From: a virus
Strand: one strand, 5' to 3'
DNA: 64,000 bases
Virus record (IMG/VR): IMGVR_UViG_3300026334_000001
Span: 1 to 64,000 of that record
The translations under genes were made by a program, and so were the position numbers. Of this stretch, positions 59,778 through 64,000 are shown one piece after another. The notes under the pieces are model-generated. The model worked only from the letters and a program-made list of their open reading frames with translations. It did not search any database and was not told where the DNA came from. Within the stretch, counting starts at the first letter, position 1. Every line of letters starts with the position of its first letter.

Positions 59778-59989
59778 TATTTTGTTGTTACTAATTCAAA
59801 TCTTGGCACATTTTTCTTTGGATGTATTGCAAAGAAACCTTCTAATGGTCTTGTATATGCTTTTCCTGTATCAATATTAGCATAAATGACAACCTCTGTT
59901 TGTGTTTCTTCTGCCTCTGCAAATCCTAGTATTACATAATAACCGCCTTTAAAGTGTTTATAACATCTTTTAATTAATGGCTTCTTCAT
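59777..59989 (-). CDS. DUF1653-family protein
   Basis: YKHFKGGYYVI...AEET...VVIY...YTRPLEGF...PRF pattern. Confidence 0.8.
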   Translation of the reverse strand: MKKPLIKRCYKHFKGGYYVILGFAEAEETQTEVVIYANIDTGKAYTRPLEGFFAIHPKKNVPRFELVTTK

Positions 59990-60381
59990 CCTTTAATAAT
60001 TCTAGATTTGATAATACTCTGAATATCCACTTCTGCTTGCACTTCATCTGTCTTATTTAAATCACCTAGTTTCTCTTGTAGAGCTTTTAATCTACCAATA
60101 CTACTAAAAGAACCTTTTACTCTTCTTATAATTTTATTAGCATGAATAATTCTTTTAGCTAAAACTTCATAATCAAAAGACATTTCTCCTATTCTAAATT
60201 CAAATGTATTAAATTGTGAATTCAATCTTACCCAATTATGACATCTTCCTATCATTCTAGAATTATAATGACCTTTATATTCCCATGTATCTAATTCTGC
60301 TAAAATCCAATCTTCATTTTCTTCAATCCAAGAACGATCTACCTTATCAAATATATCAGTTGTATCAACATGATAATGAAT
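59986..60381 (-). CDS. Amidoligase-family protein, exon 2
   Basis: Begins IHYHVD and contains TFEFR; joins exon 1 in frame to give SGIHYH. Confidence 0.75.
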   Translation of the reverse strand: MHYHVDTTDIFDKVDRSWIEENEDWILAELDTWEYKGHYNSRMIGRCHNWVRLNSQFNTFEFRIGEMSFDYEVLAKRIIHANKIIRRVKGSFSSIGRLKALQEKLGDLNKTDEVQAEVDIQSIIKSRIIKG

Positions 60382-61596
60382 CATTTTGTTATCTTAAAGG
60401 CTTTTTATCCTTTAATTCTTATACTACAAAATATCTCGTATAAGTTCGGCATATATTTTCTTCCTCTATTTTTAATATTAGTAGGAAGTGGACACTCTTG
60501 GGAGAATTATATTCTATTAACTGTAATAGGTTCATCTCCTATGCTCTACACTATTCTCCATTGTTTAGATGTAGAATTAGCACGGTATCCAAAGTATTGT
60601 TCAAATTTTATCTTTTTTCTAACTAAAAAGCATTTACTACCTTCATACAAGTATTCATATATTTCTCCTATTTTTATAGTTCTATTCCTATTATAATCAA
60701 ATCTTAATAAGAAATAATTACAAGTTTTTCCTGCATGTTCATATATCACAGGTTTTATATCAAATAGTTCTTGGAATATATTTGCTATTTGTTCCGTGAA
60801 TATTTTTGAATTAAATACAAAACTAAAATTAAAAAATATTTGAGATCCTTTATTTTTATGAAATGATACTGAACCATCTCCATCAAAATAACCCCTTATG
60901 AAATGTCTTATTAATTCTTTTGGTAATAAATTAAAATCAAAATTAAATGAATGATCGTGAGTTTTATTAGGTATAATCTTATATTTGTTAATTAGAGTAT
61001 TACAAATCCTTCTTGAATTAATCTTTAAATTAACTTGTTCTTTTCTAACCTTCACTCCTGATTGATTGTTTCTAAAAAATAGTTTTGAATTTGGACTGAT
61101 TTCTTCTTTTATTAATTTTATTACTTCCAAATCATCAACACTATTTAAAAATACTAATCTTTTACTATCTTCATTAACTCTTTCAGTTACTTCAATGCTT
61201 CCATCTGCAATAATAAATCCTAGAATATACGCTTTTTCTTCTGTATCAATATTATCAAAATAATCTTCATTATGATTATAATATTGATTTATATTCTTAA
61301 CTACTAGTTCTTCTTTTTTAATAACCCACGTAGCTTTATTATATTCTATATCTAATATTTTACAGATTTGTCCTACACAATATCCTTTTTCTAGATAATC
61401 TTTTAGCAATACAATTTTTTCATTTTCTATTCCTCTATCTGGAGGAGCAATTTTAAAATTTGAGAAATCCATAGTATATAGTATTTGTATACCACAATAT
61501 AGATATTTCTCTAGAAAAATCAAAAATTATTTATTTTGTTCACCGTTTTTGCCCAATTTTTCATATAGATTACTCTATAAGGTGGCATTCATTTCT
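60382..61596 (-). mobile_element. Group I intron (1215 nt) carrying a homing endonuclease
   Basis: Exon ends in U; P1 GUGGU/GCCAC with U-G wobble; terminal G at 60382; P10 AAUGAAU/AUUCAUU; P7-like GCAUA/UAUGC. Confidence 0.88.
60546..61523 (-). CDS. Intron-encoded LAGLIDADG homing endonuclease
   Basis: AYILGFIIADGSI and HFIRGYFDGDGSV motifs; N-terminal HTH-like segment. Confidence 0.92.
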   Translation of the reverse strand: MIFLEKYLYCGIQILYTMDFSNFKIAPPDRGIENEKIVLLKDYLEKGYCVGQICKILDIEYNKATWVIKKEELVVKNINQYYNHNEDYFDNIDTEEKAYILGFIIADGSIEVTERVNEDSKRLVFLNSVDDLEVIKLIKEEISPNSKLFFRNNQSGVKVRKEQVNLKINSRRICNTLINKYKIIPNKTHDHSFNFDFNLLPKELIRHFIRGYFDGDGSVSFHKNKGSQIFFNFSFVFNSKIFTEQIANIFQELFDIKPVIYEHAGKTCNYFLLRFDYNRNRTIKIGEIYEYLYEGSKCFLVRKKIKFEQYFGYRANSTSKQWRIV

Positions 61597-61905
61597 ACCA
61601 CTCCCTTCATTAAGAGCAGAATTTCGTTTTAATTGAGTACAGATATTAAATAAACAAATCAAACCTTTATGACCTGCTGGAATACGATATCTTTGCTCTC
61701 CTTCTCCATTATTAACATCCATTATATCTGGAATAGATGTAAAAGCTACTTCATTATAATTTTCACCTTTACTACATTCTATTTCAAATCCTGTAGAATA
61801 TGGAAGATAACTATCTGCTGCTTTAGCTAAACGATCATTTCCATGCGCTGCTAAAGCTAGAGGAGCATAATATATACACTCCTCCAGAATAGACTTTTCT
61901 TGCAT
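61597..61905 (-). CDS. Amidoligase-family protein, exon 1 (103 codons)
   Basis: STGFEIEC motif; ends ...NEGSG at the intron boundary. Confidence 0.75.
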
Positions 61906-62351
61906 TAGTATTCTCCGTTACGTTTTTCTCCAGTTTTAGCAACTGGTTGTGGTGCAGCTCTTTCTACAGCAAATAAAGATTTTAAAAGAGCAATATCTTC
62001 TTCAGAAACTTTACCATCTCTAATCTCTTTAGCTAGATCAGCAACTACACTAGACTTAGCTTTTTTCTCAATCTTCTCTGCTTTAACTGCACGTTTAGCT
62101 GCTTTAACTGCTGCTTTAGTTTCAACAATGATTTGTTCTTTAACTTCTTCTTTAGCAGTTGCTTCTGGAGTTAATGCTTTTACAACAGCTGCTAAACCTT
62201 TCTTAGTTCTCTTAGCATTGTATTCAGTAATCATATCCTTAAAAGGTTGAAGAGCTTCTTTACTACCTGTTTTAGTATAAACAGTTTCTCCAATGATTAC
62301 ATTTAGGTTTCTACCTATTTGTTTAAATTTAATTTCTGGTGACTTTTCCAT
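61905..62351 (-). CDS. Hypothetical K/A/E-rich protein downstream of rIIA
   Basis: 148-aa ORF with a histone-like basic middle; sits in the usual rIIB position but is too short to call. Confidence 0.6.
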   Translation of the reverse strand: MEKSPEIKFKQIGRNLNVIIGETVYTKTGSKEALQPFKDMITEYNAKRTKKGLAAVVKALTPEATAKEEVKEQIIVETKAAVKAAKRAVKAEKIEKKAKSSVVADLAKEIRDGKVSEEDIALLKSLFAVERAAPQPVAKTGEKRNGEY

Positions 62352-62357
62352 TTTAGA

Positions 62358-64000
62358 TTAATTTGTTTGTGCAATAATTTGTTTAGCTTGTTCTAATAAC
62401 TCTTCTTCATGTGGTTGAAGTATTATATAATGCTCTGCATTTAATTTCTTCTTCTTCAACTTCATAAAGTCAATTATCAAATCTGAATTACCTTCTACAT
62501 CTCTAGAAGAAATAAGTGTCAATAACTTAAGTCCTTCCTCATATTTCAATACTTGTTTTAATGTATCTCGTATTTCTTCATCCCACCAATTATTCTCCTC
62601 CATCATTGTATAACATTCTGATAGAAATTCAGTAGTACAATATCTAGCATTACTAGTATGTCTTCCAACATAATTACTAAGTTCTGCTATTCTATCTGTA
62701 TGTTCTGCACAGATCTTACGATAAGCATAATGAGTTAACTGAATCTTATCAGTCATATTCTCTCTAATGTAATGAGCTGTTATTGTCTTAATAAAAACTT
62801 TGTTTCTATTAGATATGAATTCTTCACCTGTCATACAATTTGACTGATTTACTAAATACTTATGATTACTTTTAGCAGTTGTGAAAACCCTAATTTTATG
62901 TTTATGTAAGCCACCAACATTTCTCCAGTTACCTGCATAACTAAGAGATTTCTTTCCCGATAACATTAAAGCAATCTCCTTAATTAATTTCTTATTTTCT
63001 GGAAGATCATAGATAATAAGTTCAGATTTTACTTTATTTAAATCTAAAATTTCTTTCTCTTCTACTCCAGTACTAAAATAAGTAACATTAATTTCATTCT
63101 TGCCAAGCTTATTAGTTACTCTTCTTTCTCTTTGAGAATCTATCCACTCTTTAGGAATGTTAGTTTGCTCATAACTATGAGATTGTTCTACTAAATAATC
63201 TTGTAATACTTTTTTTACCTTTTGAAATAACTTTACTTTGTTAAGACCATTTTGCATGTATGGTGTATTAACTAAACCTAAAGCTTTATTCCATTGATTA
63301 AAAGATAAAGTACTCTTTCTTACTAATGCAAAATTCTGCAAATAGCTATTCTTTCTTGTTACTACTTCTCCTTTAATACGATATAAACTACCTCTTCCAA
63401 TATGATCACATTTGTGAACCTTAGTAGAATTCTCCTTTTTAAGTAATCTTCCATTACTATATACAGCACTCACATAAAAAGGAAAATATGGGTTGTCTGT
63501 TGGTATTTCAATACCTAAGTTTTCTAATCCTTTTAGAGAAATAGGATGTAGATCTGGAATAGCTATTTCTTTATACCATTCATAATTACTACCAGTTCTA
63601 GGATTCTTACCGTACTTCTCTTTAAATCCTATCTTCAATGATATACCTTCAGTTAATTTGATCATCCTATAAGGAGAATCTTTAAGCTTTACATATTCAC
63701 TAATAGTAGTACAAATAGCAGCATCAGATTTAGATAATTCTATTAACTCCTTTTTAGCTAACTCTATTTTATCTAGAATTAATTGTTTAGCAGTTTCATC
63801 ATATCTTAATTGCTCTCTATTTGGAGTAACCATTAGTTCTCCTATATTAAACTTAAGACCGATACCAATAGGAATTGTTTCTATACCTAAATAATTGTAA
63901 TCAATTGGATATGCTACTTTACCAAGAACTATATGAATATCATCAGAATACTTACAATCATTTCTATACTTAAAATGCTTACCTTCATAAATCTTATAAT
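62358..64000 (-). CDS. rIIA: rIIA-like protein, 5'-truncated by the window end
   Basis: Frame stays open upstream of ATG 63833, reading ...LGKVAYPIDY...LKFNIGELMVTPNREQLRY, the rIIA signature. Confidence 0.75.
   Translation of the reverse strand, partial: YKIYEGKHFKYRNDCKYSDDIHIVLGKVAYPIDYNYLGIETIPIGIGLKFNIGELMVTPNREQLRYDETAKQLILDKIELAKKELIELSKSDAAICTTISEYVKLKDSPYRMIKLTEGISLKIGFKEKYGKNPRTGSNYEWYKEIAIPDLHPISLKGLENLGIEIPTDNPYFPFYVSAVYSNGRLLKKENSTKVHKCDHIGRGSLYRIKGEVVTRKNSYLQNFALVRKSTLSFNQWNKALGLVNTPYMQNGLNKVKLFQKVKKVLQDYLVEQSHSYEQTNIPKEWIDSQRERRVTNKLGKNEINVTYFSTGVEEKEILDLNKVKSELIIYDLPENKKLIKEIALMLSGKKSLSYAGNWRNVGGLHKHKIRVFTTAKSNHKYLVNQSNCMTGEEFISNRNKVFIKTITAHYIRENMTDKIQLTHYAYRKICAEHTDRIAELSNYVGRHTSNARYCTTEFLSECYTMMEENNWWDEEIRDTLKQVLKYEEGLKLLTLISSRDVEGNSDLIIDFMKLKKKKLNAEHYIILQPHEEELLEQAKQIIAQTN

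Noticed and set aside
59986-60384. Independent 132-aa gene starting at ATG 60384
   Set aside because: The ATG is the 3' end of the group I intron; this ORF is exon 2 of the amidoligase.
45087-61263. Short + strand ORFs within the - strand module (45087, 48681, 48907, 52774, 55001, 60370, 61066)
   Set aside because: Antisense shadows of real genes or of the intron; no promoter or initiation support.
60546-61523. LAGLIDADG domain as part of an intein
   Set aside because: It is a separate ORF not fused to the host exons, lacks C/S...HN splice residues, and is flanked by group I RNA elements.
1-64000. Stop-codon reassignment (TAG or TGA), known in some crAss-like clades
   Set aside because: ORFs up to 3849 aa are uninterrupted in the standard code, coding density is high, and TAG and TGA both end genes at sensible boundaries.

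Overview
A 64-kb AT-rich segment of a crAss-like (Crassvirales-type) Bacteroidota phage genome, read in the standard genetic code. The + strand (1-44760) is the virion module: portal C-terminus, acidic scaffold-like protein, major capsid protein, conserved head and ring genes, a multi-fibre tail cassette, a lysis cassette (muramidase, holin-like proteins, unimolecular-spanin-like lipoprotein), an IHF-like protein, tail tube and muzzle proteins, two cargo proteins, a 3849-aa virion RNA polymerase polyprotein and a 1602-aa polyvalent protein. A palindromic terminator at 44767-44793 separates it from the converging - strand replication and nucleotide-metabolism module: MazG-like, UDG, dNMP kinase, PD-(D/E)XK exonuclease, Tad1-like sponge, ThyX, RusA-like, primase, SSB-like, AAA ATPase, DnaB, SF2 helicase, an intron-split amidoligase and a partial rIIA. 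The most notable observations are: (1) a 14-16 bp motif, (CT)TTCTTTCCTAGAAG, dispersed 8 times (plus 3 partial copies) inside genes in both orientations and different frames; (2) a non-coding island at 46560-47670 with two promoter-to-terminator small-RNA units, a multi-branched RNA domain and a divergent Cys-rich ORF; (3) an AAA ATPase whose Walker B block precedes Walker A; (4) a group I intron with a LAGLIDADG ORF and precisely definable splice sites; (5) a cargo protein punctuated by ten [YFHK]AxGG motifs. All family assignments come from motif recognition and gene order, not from database searches.
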